From positions 1-46,201 of the forward strand of contig JAGVYS010000005.1 in the NCBI GenBank assembly GCA_018303125.1: 46,201 nucleotides of DNA, read 5' to 3'. A program made the position numbers and the translations under genes. This document shows, one piece after another, positions 1-9,282 of this stretch (position 1 is the stretch's first letter; the number at the start of each line of letters is the position of its first letter). The notes below the pieces were generated by a model, which saw nothing but the letters and a program-made list of their open reading frames with translations, searched no databases and was not told where the DNA came from. Source of the DNA: Candidatus Woesearchaeota archaeon (lineage in GTDB: Archaea; Nanobdellota; Nanobdellia; Woesearchaeales; WJIZ01).

Positions 1-1311
1 AGGCGAAGAGTAGGTAAAACCGAGCTCATAAGGCAATTCATCAAACCAATTCCTGAAAACAAAATGTACTTTTATGTGGATTTAGTAGAAAAACAAGGGA
101 TATTAGACTCCATTTCCAAATCGGTGCAGGAACAGCTAGGTGAAACAAGAAAATTTGCAGATTTCAGTGACTTTTTAGATTTCATTGCATTAAAATCAGA
201 AAATAGTTTTGTCTTAGTGATTGATGAATTTCAAAGATTCTTAGAAGTCTCGCCTCAATTCATAACACAATTACAGAACCACTGGGATCAAAAATTAAAG
301 AATAAGAAAATCATGCTTATACTGGTTGGCTCATCAATCGGGATGATACAAAAGATAACTAATAGCAAGGCAGGAGCATTGTATGGGAGAGCAACAAGAA
401 TAAAAATATCTCCTTTTAAATATAGTGATTTCAGATTTATGTTTAAAGAATTAAATGAGGAAGAAAAAATAATCACTTACGCAGTATTTGGAGGAACACC
501 GTACTATCTTGAAAAAGTCAAAAGGGCAGATGGCAACATACACAAAAAAATATTTGAACTTTTATTAAAGAAAGGCGCTGAATTGTTTGAAGAACCAAAA
601 AACCTGCTAGAATACGAGAATGTAAGAATACACGCCAAATATAACTCCATTCTGCAGGCGGCATCTGCAGGCAAAGAAAATGTCAAAGAGATAGGGGATT
701 TTACAGGAATAGACACAAATACTCTGCCCGCATATATCAAAAGATTGGATGAACTGCTAGAGCTGTTTGGAAGAAAAGACCCGGTACTAGGCAAGGAACG
801 GCTAGGCAGGTATGGCTTAAAAGATAATTTCTTTAATTTTTGGTATAAATTCATATTCCCAAACCAAACTGCCCTAAATCTAGGCAACATTAAAATTGTA
901 GAGGGGTATATAAAAGAAAACCTTAATGCCCATATTGGGCGAGTATTCGAAGGAATATGTAAAGAATTGCTTATCGGGCACATAAACAAAGAATTGAATG
1001 GCTATATTATAGATTTTGAGAATATTGGCAGCTGGTGGAACAGAACTGGAGAAGAGATAGATATTGTTGGATATAATCACAAAACTAGAAGAATATTGGT
1101 GGGCGAGGTTAAATGGACTAATAATCCAGTAGATATAGACATTGTTGATGATCTTGTGAGAAAATCCAAATTTATCAGTTTCACAGGAGAATATAAATTC
1201 TTGATTATTTCAAAAAGTGGATTCACAGAGAGAGCGCTAGCAAGGATAAAGGAGATAAATGGAATACATCTGAATTTGAAAGATATTGAGAGGCTATTTG
1301 AGGAAATTTAA
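1..1311 (+). CDS. Archaeal AAA-type ATPase with C-terminal DUF234/PD-(D/E)xK-like domain (5'-truncated by window edge)
   Basis: Frame is open from base 1 and reads RRRVGKTELI (Walker A, G-RRRVGKT). Also Walker B LVIDEFQ, the GGTPYYL motif, DNFFNFWYKF and C-terminal WWNRTGEEIDIV...GEVKW. Confidence 0.9.
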   Translation, partial: RRRVGKTELIRQFIKPIPENKMYFYVDLVEKQGILDSISKSVQEQLGETRKFADFSDFLDFIALKSENSFVLVIDEFQRFLEVSPQFITQLQNHWDQKLKNKKIMLILVGSSIGMIQKITNSKAGALYGRATRIKISPFKYSDFRFMFKELNEEEKIITYAVFGGTPYYLEKVKRADGNIHKKIFELLLKKGAELFEEPKNLLEYENVRIHAKYNSILQAASAGKENVKEIGDFTGIDTNTLPAYIKRLDELLELFGRKDPVLGKERLGRYGLKDNFFNFWYKFIFPNQTALNLGNIKIVEGYIKENLNAHIGRVFEGICKELLIGHINKELNGYIIDFENIGSWWNRTGEEIDIVGYNHKTRRILVGEVKWTNNPVDIDIVDDLVRKSKFISFTGEYKFLIISKSGFTERALARIKEINGIHLNLKDIERLFEEI

Positions 1312-1709
1312 AGTGAACCAGATAATTTATTGAGATTAACCTTGCATTTTACAAACACATTTTTACCTGAGTTTCTGAACTCGTTTTATCTTTTGCCACT
1401 GAAGATACGTATTTGCCAAGCCCCTGTTTCTCGACGACAGATTTCCGAATATCTCCTGCTGGACTTGTCCACATGACAGGGGGGACACAAAGTATTTATC
1501 CAAGCCCATCCATTAACAAGATAAGACTGGCCATTTCTGACGATAAACAGAAAAAAGACCAGAAAGTCAAAAACAGGCATGCTCATCCGCTAATAACTGC
1601 ATCTTGGGTGAGAATGAATTTTAGCTTTTAAATGCTGGCAAAGAAGCATATCGGTGATTAAGGCAATATTCCGGAAACTAATAAATAGCAAGGCGTTTTC
1701 ATAAGGATA

Positions 1710-2504
1710 ATGACCGGTATCCCTATTTTCAAATGCTGCGCATGCGGAAGATGCTGCTCCAACATAAGGGGCCTTGGCTCTAAGGAAGAAAAAGAGTTTA
1801 TCATGGAATATGGCCACGGCAAGCTTCCTGTTATAGAGCTTATTGATGCTGACAGGCTGACTTTTCCGCTCTGGAACTTTGAGGCAAGAAGATTCAGGGA
1901 ATATGAGAGAAAAGCAGGCATAGATGCAGGCATAGTGCCATCAAGGGGAGTTATGGACTTAAAATCGGGCAAGTTCATAGTCATAGCATACCAAATGACA
2001 GCTGATGCTGCATGCCCATTTCTGCTGAAAAGCGGAAAGTGCGGGATTTATGACACAAAAAGGGCTTATGTTTGCCATTTGTTCCCGTTAAAAAGGTCAC
2101 CATACTTGAGGCTCGAAGCAGAAAGCAAAGATATATTCGGAAAGTGCCATACATTAGATAAGTTCAAGGATTTGTTTGATTTCAGCGAAAAAAACGTCCT
2201 GCTTAAGCAGCTTTATGGCAGCCTTGGCGATGCACTGCTTAATGCTGTCCAGCACGATATAGTAATAGAATGGAGCAATAAAGCAGTTATGGAAATGATG
2301 CGCATTGGATTAATTAGGCCTGCAATGAACTATCCAGTGGATTTCCTCATGAAGAGAATAGAAAACTCCATCCATATAGATTTAAGCGATTTCATAGTAG
2401 AGTCAGGCTTCAAGACAAGGGAAGAAATGGACAGAATAACAGAAAGGTTCGAAAACCTTGATGGTGCAAGAGAAAGGCTCAGCAAGGATTCTATCATTAA
2501 TTGA
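1710..2504 (+). CDS. YkgJ-family (CxxCxxCC) cysteine-cluster protein
   Basis: FKCCACGRCC at the N-terminus, then CPFL...CGIYDTKRAYVCHLFP, the typical YkgJ/FliB-like Fe-S/Zn motif. Confidence 0.8.
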   Translation: MTGIPIFKCCACGRCCSNIRGLGSKEEKEFIMEYGHGKLPVIELIDADRLTFPLWNFEARRFREYERKAGIDAGIVPSRGVMDLKSGKFIVIAYQMTADAACPFLLKSGKCGIYDTKRAYVCHLFPLKRSPYLRLEAESKDIFGKCHTLDKFKDLFDFSEKNVLLKQLYGSLGDALLNAVQHDIVIEWSNKAVMEMMRIGLIRPAMNYPVDFLMKRIENSIHIDLSDFIVESGFKTREEMDRITERFENLDGARERLSKDSIIN

Positions 2505-2545
2505 TTCTCAAAAATTATTTAAATCATCCTCGACGCTTTCAGGTA

Positions 2546-3148
2546 ATGATAACCCGGCATGATATGAGGAGCCTTGAGGAGTCTGCAGGAATACCCAAGC
2601 TCACACTTATGGAAAACGCAGGCAGGGAAGCTGCAAGGATAATCTCTGAAAAGGCTGGCGCAAAAGGAAAAAGGGTTTTGTTTATCTGCCACCATGGAAA
2701 TAATGGAGGGGATGGCTTTGTTGCGGCAAGGCACCTATCAGGAATTTCTGAGGTTGATGTTCTTTTCATAGGGCAGGAATCTAAGCTAAGCCCTGAATCA
2801 ATGCACAATTTTGAGCTCGTTGAAAAAGATGCAAAGGTACAGTTCATTAGCTTGGACTTTGTGGATTTTTCTGATTATGGTATTATAGTTGATGCAATAC
2901 TTGGCACAGGAGCAAGAGGAGAGATAGGCCATCCTATAAGCACTGTGATAGATAACATTAATTCATCTTCTGCCTTCAAAGTAAGTTTGGATATTCCGAC
3001 AGGTATAGACCCAGAAACAGGCCAATCAGGTTTTTATGCAGTAGAGCCTGACTTAATAATAACATTCCATGACATAAAAACAGGCCTTGAAAAGTATTCA
3101 GGCAAAACCGTAATAGCTGACATAGGCATCCGGAAAAAGCTAACATGA
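2546..3148 (+). CDS. nnrE: NAD(P)H-hydrate epimerase (YjeF N-terminal domain)
   Basis: LMENAG, GNNGGDG, IVDAILGTG and SLDIPTG motifs. Start moved to ATG 2546 (MITRHDM), preceded by AGGT. Confidence 0.9.
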   Translation: MITRHDMRSLEESAGIPKLTLMENAGREAARIISEKAGAKGKRVLFICHHGNNGGDGFVAARHLSGISEVDVLFIGQESKLSPESMHNFELVEKDAKVQFISLDFVDFSDYGIIVDAILGTGARGEIGHPISTVIDNINSSSAFKVSLDIPTGIDPETGQSGFYAVEPDLIITFHDIKTGLEKYSGKTVIADIGIRKKLT

Positions 3149-3939
3149 AATACATATCGCAAAAAGAGTTGAGGCTTCCCAAAAGAGGCAGTAGGAAAGG
3201 GGAGAATGGACGAGTCCTTATAATAGGTGGCTCAATGGATTATGTTGGTGCGCCTGTACTTGCAGGCTTGGCTGCCCTTCGCTCAGGCGCTGACTGGGTA
3301 ACTGTCCTTGCACCTAAAAAAGCAGGATGGGCTATAAACTGCCTAAGCCCTGACCTTGTTGTGAGGAAAGTAAAAGGAGACTATTTCTTATCTAAGCATA
3401 TCAAGGATGCCAAAAAAGAGGAGAAAAAGCACGATGTCATAGTTATAGGCAATGGTTTGGGCCTTAAGTCAAAGGATTTCATCATTTCATTTGTTAAAAA
3501 ATGTAATAAACCAATGGTAATTGATGCAGATGCACTTAAAGCCATTTCAATTAATATTCCAAGAAAATCAATTCTTACACCGCATAGCAGGGAGCTTGAG
3601 ATTCTGATGAAAAATTCAAATGTAAAGAGTATAGATAAGCTGCAAAGAATTCTCAGGGACAATGTGATAATTGCAAAAGGCTCCATAGATAGGATAATAA
3701 CAAAGGATAAAGTATATTATAATAAGACAGGTAATGCAGGTATGACAAAGGCCGGCACAGGAGATGTTCTTGCAGGGCTTGCTGCAGGCTTCTATGCACA
3801 GACAAAGGATGCAATCATGGCAGCAAAGATGGCAGCATATTACAATGGAATGATTGGCGATATCCTTCTCAGAAAGAAAAAAGGCTTCACTTATCTTGCA
3901 AGCGATATGGTGGGTGAGATAAAAAGAATTTGTAAGTAA
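3145..3939 (+). CDS. nnrD: ADP-dependent NAD(P)H-hydrate dehydratase (YjeF C-terminal domain)
   Basis: KGENGRVLIIGGS, GAPVLAGLAALRSGAD, VIDADAL, LTPHSRE and AGTGDVLAG motifs. ATGA overlap with nnrE. Confidence 0.92.
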   Translation: MKYISQKELRLPKRGSRKGENGRVLIIGGSMDYVGAPVLAGLAALRSGADWVTVLAPKKAGWAINCLSPDLVVRKVKGDYFLSKHIKDAKKEEKKHDVIVIGNGLGLKSKDFIISFVKKCNKPMVIDADALKAISINIPRKSILTPHSRELEILMKNSNVKSIDKLQRILRDNVIIAKGSIDRIITKDKVYYNKTGNAGMTKAGTGDVLAGLAAGFYAQTKDAIMAAKMAAYYNGMIGDILLRKKKGFTYLASDMVGEIKRICK

Positions 3940-3954
3940 GAAATTATAAAAAAA

Positions 3955-4743
3955 TTATTGCTTGCCTATTTCTATCCCTCCAGAGGGTAACAATCTTATT
4001 ATGTCGTCAAGATTCCCGCCAAGCTTTGCCTTTATTTTCTTTGCTATTTCAGAGGTCTTCTTATCTCCCTGTTTTAATATGATATACTCTTTGCAATGTT
4101 TTTTCATAGATTCTATTGGGGCAGCCATAATCTTTCCTGATTCCATCTTTCCTATAGCCAAATTAATCTTGTTATCAACATAGTTTGTCTTGCCCCTTAT
4201 CATGAAAGCTCCTTTTGTCAGGTACTCTCCTGCCTGGGCTTCTTTTGTGACCTGCTCTGGCTTGACCCAGAAAACAGGCGAGCTTGATTGCCCGAGCTTG
4301 AAAACCCTTGAGAAAGTTACTGTTGCGTCTGCCACCTCAGATATTGTGCTGCTTCCCGGTTCCTTTCCATCTGTTTTTACAACAAAGAAAGGGCTCCCTG
4401 CCATGTCAGTGTGGAAGATTATATCATCACTGCTGGTGTTTTTCTTTACTATTATCTCATTTGTTGCAGAATCCCTGCCGCCTATAACAAGGAAATCCTC
4501 AGATGTGAAGAACCACCTGAACTTTTCGTACCAATCCCTTTTTACAGGCGCTGTTTCCTTGTTTTTCTCGAAAGTCTCTTTTTCAGTAGCTTTCTTGCGC
4601 TCAAGCACCTCAAGTTTCCTCTGGTAAACATCAAGCGCTTCCCTTGCGCCTTCCATCTTCTTCTTCAGCTTTTTTGCCCTGTTGAAATATACCTCGGCAT
4701 TCTGCTCAACTGACTTGTCTATGAAAAGCTCAATTTCCGCCAT
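3955..4743 (-). CDS. NFACT-R RNA-binding domain protein (short Rqc2/RqcH-like)
   Basis: NAEVYFNRAKKLKKK coiled coil, WYEKFRWF, IGGRDSATNE, FHTDMAGSP and GEYLTKGAFMIRG. Confidence 0.85.
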   Translation of the reverse strand: MAEIELFIDKSVEQNAEVYFNRAKKLKKKMEGAREALDVYQRKLEVLERKKATEKETFEKNKETAPVKRDWYEKFRWFFTSEDFLVIGGRDSATNEIIVKKNTSSDDIIFHTDMAGSPFFVVKTDGKEPGSSTISEVADATVTFSRVFKLGQSSSPVFWVKPEQVTKEAQAGEYLTKGAFMIRGKTNYVDNKINLAIGKMESGKIMAAPIESMKKHCKEYIILKQGDKKTSEIAKKIKAKLGGNLDDIIRLLPSGGIEIGKQ

Positions 4744-4852
4744 AACGATGAAGCTGGATTATCCTTTTTTAATGCTTTTGGAGTTATACTATGCCTTGTT
4801 AGTTTTCTATATGGTAAAATACTCAGTCTATGTATATAAAACCAAAATTGTC

Positions 4853-5548
4853 CTATTTTTGAAGAATATACATACCCAAAGACTCCTCGCATGAAAATTC
4901 CAATATCGCCTTGTCGATTGGCTTTAATCCAGATTCCGAAACCAAGGTATCCAAATCAGAGAGAAGATTGTACACTACCACAGGCCTGCCTTTATAATAT
5001 AAACCCGCTGTTCGAATCGTATCAGCTAAAAATTCCTGATCAAATAATAGATCTGAATTATGGTTTGCTTTTTTGCAATCATAAATACCAATAAGGCCAC
5101 CTGGCTTAGCTACTTTAATCATCTCTTCCATGACCCTAGCCGGATTGGATGTGACACAAATTGTATAAGTAGAAACAACAACATCAAAAGAATTACTTTC
5201 AAATTCGAGATTTTCCGCATCTTTAACATAAAATCTTGCATTCTTTCTGCCTAATGTGCCTGCTCTTTTCTCCGCTTCATTGAGCATTTCAGGGGTTATA
5301 TCCACACCGACAAAAGATATGTTTTCTGGATATCTGTGTAAATTCCTCCCTGTCCCAACGCCCACCTCCAGAGCACTTCCTCCTGAAGTTTTTTCAAGAT
5401 GACTAGAAAGAATTCTGAAAAGGGACTTGTATGCTATCCGTGAGGCAGGGTGCAATCTGTGTACGTAATCCATCATAAATTCATCATAGAGACCATTGGC
5501 ACTATCGCCGTATACCTTTAATACTCTTGATTTTTCTAGTGCGGTCAT
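4853..5548 (-). CDS. Class I SAM-dependent methyltransferase
   Basis: Motif I ALEVGVGTG, GVDITPEML, DAENLEFESNSFDVVVS and AKPGG. Confidence 0.85.
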   Translation of the reverse strand: MTALEKSRVLKVYGDSANGLYDEFMMDYVHRLHPASRIAYKSLFRILSSHLEKTSGGSALEVGVGTGRNLHRYPENISFVGVDITPEMLNEAEKRAGTLGRKNARFYVKDAENLEFESNSFDVVVSTYTICVTSNPARVMEEMIKVAKPGGLIGIYDCKKANHNSDLLFDQEFLADTIRTAGLYYKGRPVVVYNLLSDLDTLVSESGLKPIDKAILEFSCEESLGMYILQK

Positions 5549-5555
5549 TTTTTCC

Positions 5556-6266
5556 CTAGTACTTTATTCGTAAATTAGCCCCCCAGTAATGTGTTGTCTC
5601 AAAATCCCTATCAAGGGCAAGAGAGACATTGGAAAACAAACCTATGCTGAAATGTTCAGTCAATTTTCTTGAGACAGAAATCCTTGTATCAAGGTGGCTG
5701 AATCCTGATTTTTCCCAAAAGTAGTGATGGTTGTATGCCAGGGTTGTGCCAATAAATACATCAAGATTTCCGGCTTTCGTGGCTCTAAATTGATGGCCTG
5801 CGGAAAGTTCAAGATAGCTTCCTTTGCCTTCCTCAAAATCATGAAGAAAGCTAAGAGTTGGATTAAGTAGCATATTTGCACTTATAACTGTATGAAAATC
5901 ATGTGTGGGCTTCGTACTTGTAAAAGTATAGTGACCGAATCCTGCGGAAAAATTAAATTTATTACTAGAGCAAAAAGTGTAATCGAGAAAAAAATCAAAC
6001 TCCCCTACCCCTAAGTCTTTAGCATTGAGGTAGCCAAAATGGGTAAATGAAGCGTTTCCATAACTTGCTGTAAGTATTGACTGCATATCTGGGTCTTCTG
6101 TAAAAGTAAATCCCCTGATGAATCTTTTATTTACAACTGAGACATCCAATGAAAATTTTGGTGCAACTTTTTGTTCCAGTGATGTTGCTTTTTCGGCAAG
6201 TTCTGTTGAGTCAGCTGCGGCTGTGAGCGTACCTGCAGCTATCAAGGTTAGTATAGGTTTCATCAT
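5556..6266 (-). CDS. Secreted protein resembling TorF/gcw_chp-type outer-membrane beta-barrel
   Basis: Signal peptide (MMKPILTLIAAGTLTAAA), NKRFIRG..TEDPDMQ motif, EFDFFLDYTF, amphipathic aromatic beta-strands and C-terminal ...WGANLRIKY. Confidence 0.6.
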   Translation of the reverse strand: MMKPILTLIAAGTLTAAADSTELAEKATSLEQKVAPKFSLDVSVVNKRFIRGFTFTEDPDMQSILTASYGNASFTHFGYLNAKDLGVGEFDFFLDYTFCSSNKFNFSAGFGHYTFTSTKPTHDFHTVISANMLLNPTLSFLHDFEEGKGSYLELSAGHQFRATKAGNLDVFIGTTLAYNHHYFWEKSGFSHLDTRISVSRKLTEHFSIGLFSNVSLALDRDFETTHYWGANLRIKY

Positions 6267-6331
6267 TTTTCTATGCCTCCAATTATTTTATCATTGTCAA
6301 GTGGAAACAAAACTATATTTATTAAATTAAC

Positions 6332-6350
6332 CTACCCTGTACAGGGGTAG
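6332..6350. promoter_or_regulatory. Palindromic operator CTACCC-N7-GGGTAG between divergent beta-barrel and TrmB genes
   Basis: GC-rich inverted repeat (ctaccctgtacaggggtag) in an otherwise AT-rich intergenic region, flanked by TATA-like tracts. Confidence 0.55.
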
Positions 6351-6392
6351 TAATAAGAAAATTTAAATATAGTAAGCATATTCATCATTGAT

Positions 6393-7139
6393 ATGGAAAA
6401 CAAATTGTTATATGATTTTTTGAAGATTGGGTTAACGCAAGGTGAAGCAAAAGTGTATATGGCTTTAACAGTGCTAGGTTCATCTACGATAGGGCCAATT
6501 ATAAGTAAGGCACAGATAGCCTCATCAAATGTGTACGATATCCTAAACAGGCTTCTGGAAAAAGGGATTATCAGTTATATCATGAAGAATAAAGTCCACC
6601 ACTATCAGGCAGCAAGCCCGCAGACGTTGTTGGAATTTCTAAACAAAAAAGAGGCTGAAATAAAGGAGCAAAAAGAATCGCTTAAAAAAATAATTCCTGA
6701 GCTGAAAAGGATGCAGCAGTTTAACCCACACCAAAAAGCTGAAATGTTCTTTGGGCAAAGGGGACTTCGGGCAGCATATGAAAAGCACCTCATAAAGAAG
6801 AGTAGACAAACTGAAAATCTATTTCTTTACGTTCATAAAAAAAGATATGCTGAAAAATCTGATAGGGTATATTTCAGCCTTCTTGATTTGTATCTGAGAG
6901 TTCCGCAGAGAGGGATAACAAATGAATATGCAAGGACATCACAATTTTTTCAGCAGGTAACACAAATAAAAACGCGATATGCTGATTTTCCAATTCCTAG
7001 CCAGGTTGAGATTTGCAACGACTCTGTGCTTCTTGTGTCCTGGGAGGAAACAATTATCACGATATTGATTCAATCAGGGGATATTGCTGAAAACATAAGG
7101 ACATATTTCAAAGAGGTCTGGAAATTAGCTAAAGAATAA
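6393..7139 (+). CDS. TrmB-family transcriptional regulator
   Basis: IGLTQGEAKVYMAL...SNVYDILNRLLEKGII winged HTH, followed by an effector domain. Confidence 0.88.
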   Translation: MENKLLYDFLKIGLTQGEAKVYMALTVLGSSTIGPIISKAQIASSNVYDILNRLLEKGIISYIMKNKVHHYQAASPQTLLEFLNKKEAEIKEQKESLKKIIPELKRMQQFNPHQKAEMFFGQRGLRAAYEKHLIKKSRQTENLFLYVHKKRYAEKSDRVYFSLLDLYLRVPQRGITNEYARTSQFFQQVTQIKTRYADFPIPSQVEICNDSVLLVSWEETIITILIQSGDIAENIRTYFKEVWKLAKE

Positions 7140-7144
7140 AATCG

Positions 7145-8464
7145 CTAAGTCATGACAGAGAGAATCTCTTCCTTCTTCTCCTTAAGAAGTAGCTTTGTCC
7201 TTGCTTCCATGTTCAGCCTGAGCAATGGCTCTGTGTTGCTTGCCCTTACATTGAACCACCAATCATCGTATTCAACCTTTATCCCGTCAAGCCATGATAT
7301 CTTGCCATCAGAATATTTTTCCTCTATACACTTCATTACCCTATCCTTATCCTTCACTTCAAAATTTATCTCTCCTGACGCGAAGTATTTTTCCAATGGT
7401 GAAACAAGCTTGGAGAATGTCTCTTTCCTTGATGAAAGCAGGTTGAGAATGCATATTGCCGCTATTATGCCTGAATCAGTGTAATGAGCATCCTTAAAAT
7501 AAAAATGCCCTGACAGCTCTCCTGCAAAAAGCGCCTTGTCTTTCCTCATCAACTCTTTGATGAAAGAATGTCCAACTCTAGACATCTTAGGTATTCCTCC
7601 CATGGCCTTTATTCTCTCAGGCACAATCCATGAGCTCCTTAGGTCATACAGTATTTCTGAATTCTTATGGTATTTCAGTAGCTCCTCTGATATGAGGGCA
7701 GTCACATAATCAGAAGGCACAATACTGCCTTTTTCATCAACAAAGAATACCCTATCAGCATCGCCATCAAATATTATGCCCAAATCTGCATGCATTTTCT
7801 TTACTTCGCTTATCAGCATATCAGCCGCTCCATTATTCATGGGATTCGGGTCATGTGAAGGGAAATTACCATCAATGTCAAAATTAATAATCTTCGTATC
7901 GCAATCTAAGTAATCATTAACAAGAGAAAAATCCTGCGAGCCCATGCCATTAGAGCCATCAACAACAACTTTAAGGCCCTTAACATCCTTCAAAAATGCC
8001 TTAAGGAATTTCTTGTAATCATTCTTAATCTCAGCTTTCTCTATTTCTCCCTTTTTTGCGGCCTTCTTGAACTTGTTGTCAAGGACAGCTGATTCTATCT
8101 CTTTTATACCAGTATCTCCAGAAACAGGCACAGCATTCCTCTTTGTGAATTTCACACCATTGTACTGCTTTGGGTTATGGGATGCTGTTATCATGGCGCA
8201 TCCGTCTACTTTGAGGTGACAACAAGCAAAATAAGACATAGGGGTAGAAGTCATGCCAAAGTCAATGGCTTTTTTTCCTTGCATCACCACCCCTCTGCAG
8301 AAGGCCTTGAATAGTGAAGGAGAAGAAATTCTCATGTCCCTTCCAACAGCTATAAGATTTCCATCTATAAAATCAGCAAATGCCCTTCCTATCTTCTCCA
8401 TTATAGAATCATCAATTTCATCTCCATATACTCCCCTTACATCATAAGCCTTGAAAATTCCCAT
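7145..8464 (-). CDS. Phosphomannomutase/phosphoglucomutase
   Basis: IFKAYDVRG, catalytic TASHNP, metal loop FDGDADR, GELSGH and RASNTEP. Alternative start at 8479. Confidence 0.93.
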   Translation of the reverse strand: MGIFKAYDVRGVYGDEIDDSIMEKIGRAFADFIDGNLIAVGRDMRISSPSLFKAFCRGVVMQGKKAIDFGMTSTPMSYFACCHLKVDGCAMITASHNPKQYNGVKFTKRNAVPVSGDTGIKEIESAVLDNKFKKAAKKGEIEKAEIKNDYKKFLKAFLKDVKGLKVVVDGSNGMGSQDFSLVNDYLDCDTKIINFDIDGNFPSHDPNPMNNGAADMLISEVKKMHADLGIIFDGDADRVFFVDEKGSIVPSDYVTALISEELLKYHKNSEILYDLRSSWIVPERIKAMGGIPKMSRVGHSFIKELMRKDKALFAGELSGHFYFKDAHYTDSGIIAAICILNLLSSRKETFSKLVSPLEKYFASGEINFEVKDKDRVMKCIEEKYSDGKISWLDGIKVEYDDWWFNVRASNTEPLLRLNMEARTKLLLKEKKEEILSVMT

Positions 8465-8560
8465 AAAAATACCTTGCATATCACCTATTTAAAATTTCCT
8501 GAAAACTGTTTGATTTTCCTAGAGTAGTGTCTCTGCATTAAATAAAAGAAAGAAAAGACT

Positions 8561-9166
8561 TCAAACGAAGCCAGGAGGCATAACAGCACCGCCCAAAGAA
8601 GGCATCATTAAAGGCACTAGCAAAACCAGAATTTTAATGACTGCCAGATATGCCGCTACAACTAATGCAATGTAAACAATTACCAATGCTATGACAACTG
8701 TGAAAAAGTCAGTCTGGAACAGCTCTACTGCAGCTCTAAGCGCTACAGCATTAGATAAGACAAGGGTAAATACTGCGACAAGAGATGTCAAGACAGCAAC
8801 AATGATAGTTAAAATCGTCCCCTGGGAAGGTATCAGCCCGACTATAGAATAAACAAGAAATCCTACTACAGCGATAAGTGAGCCATAGCTAAGTGATGTC
8901 AAGGCCTCAAAATATCCGCCCTTCTGGGATAGGACATACAAAGACAACTGGAACAGTAATGCTATCAAAAGTGTAAGTAAAAATGAACCAGCTAAAACCG
9001 CCAAGGCGATAACAAGTGTTGTTCCGTCAAAAGCCATTCTTGATACAAAAATATTGAGAGAGCCTATGAGGGAGGCAATAAACAGCACAAAAAAGGTCTT
9101 CCCAATATTCTTCTCTTCCTTTGCTGAGGCAATAGCCTCCAATGGTGAAACCAGAATATCAAACAT
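8561..9166 (-). CDS. Yip1-like multi-pass membrane protein
   Basis: About 5 hydrophobic helices, N-terminal ILVSPLEA, and a strong SD (GAGGTGGT) upstream of the ATG. Confidence 0.6.
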   Translation of the reverse strand: MFDILVSPLEAIASAKEEKNIGKTFFVLFIASLIGSLNIFVSRMAFDGTTLVIALAVLAGSFLLTLLIALLFQLSLYVLSQKGGYFEALTSLSYGSLIAVVGFLVYSIVGLIPSQGTILTIIVAVLTSLVAVFTLVLSNAVALRAAVELFQTDFFTVVIALVIVYIALVVAAYLAVIKILVLLVPLMMPSLGGAVMPPGFV

Positions 9167-9282
9167 TTAAACCACCTCGGTTGAAGCTTACCTGTAGATT
9201 ATGTTTAAAAGCTTTTCTAAAATTTTTGGCAGGTGTACAAAACTCTTCAGGTTGCAGTTCTACAGCCACAACGGCCTTAAGT

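Noticed and set aside
1386-1817. Short ORFs (1386-1586 -, 1413-1631 +, 1590-1817 -) in the gap after the ATPase
   Set aside because: No motifs or clear SD, they overlap each other, and I found no convincing RNA structure. Left unannotated.
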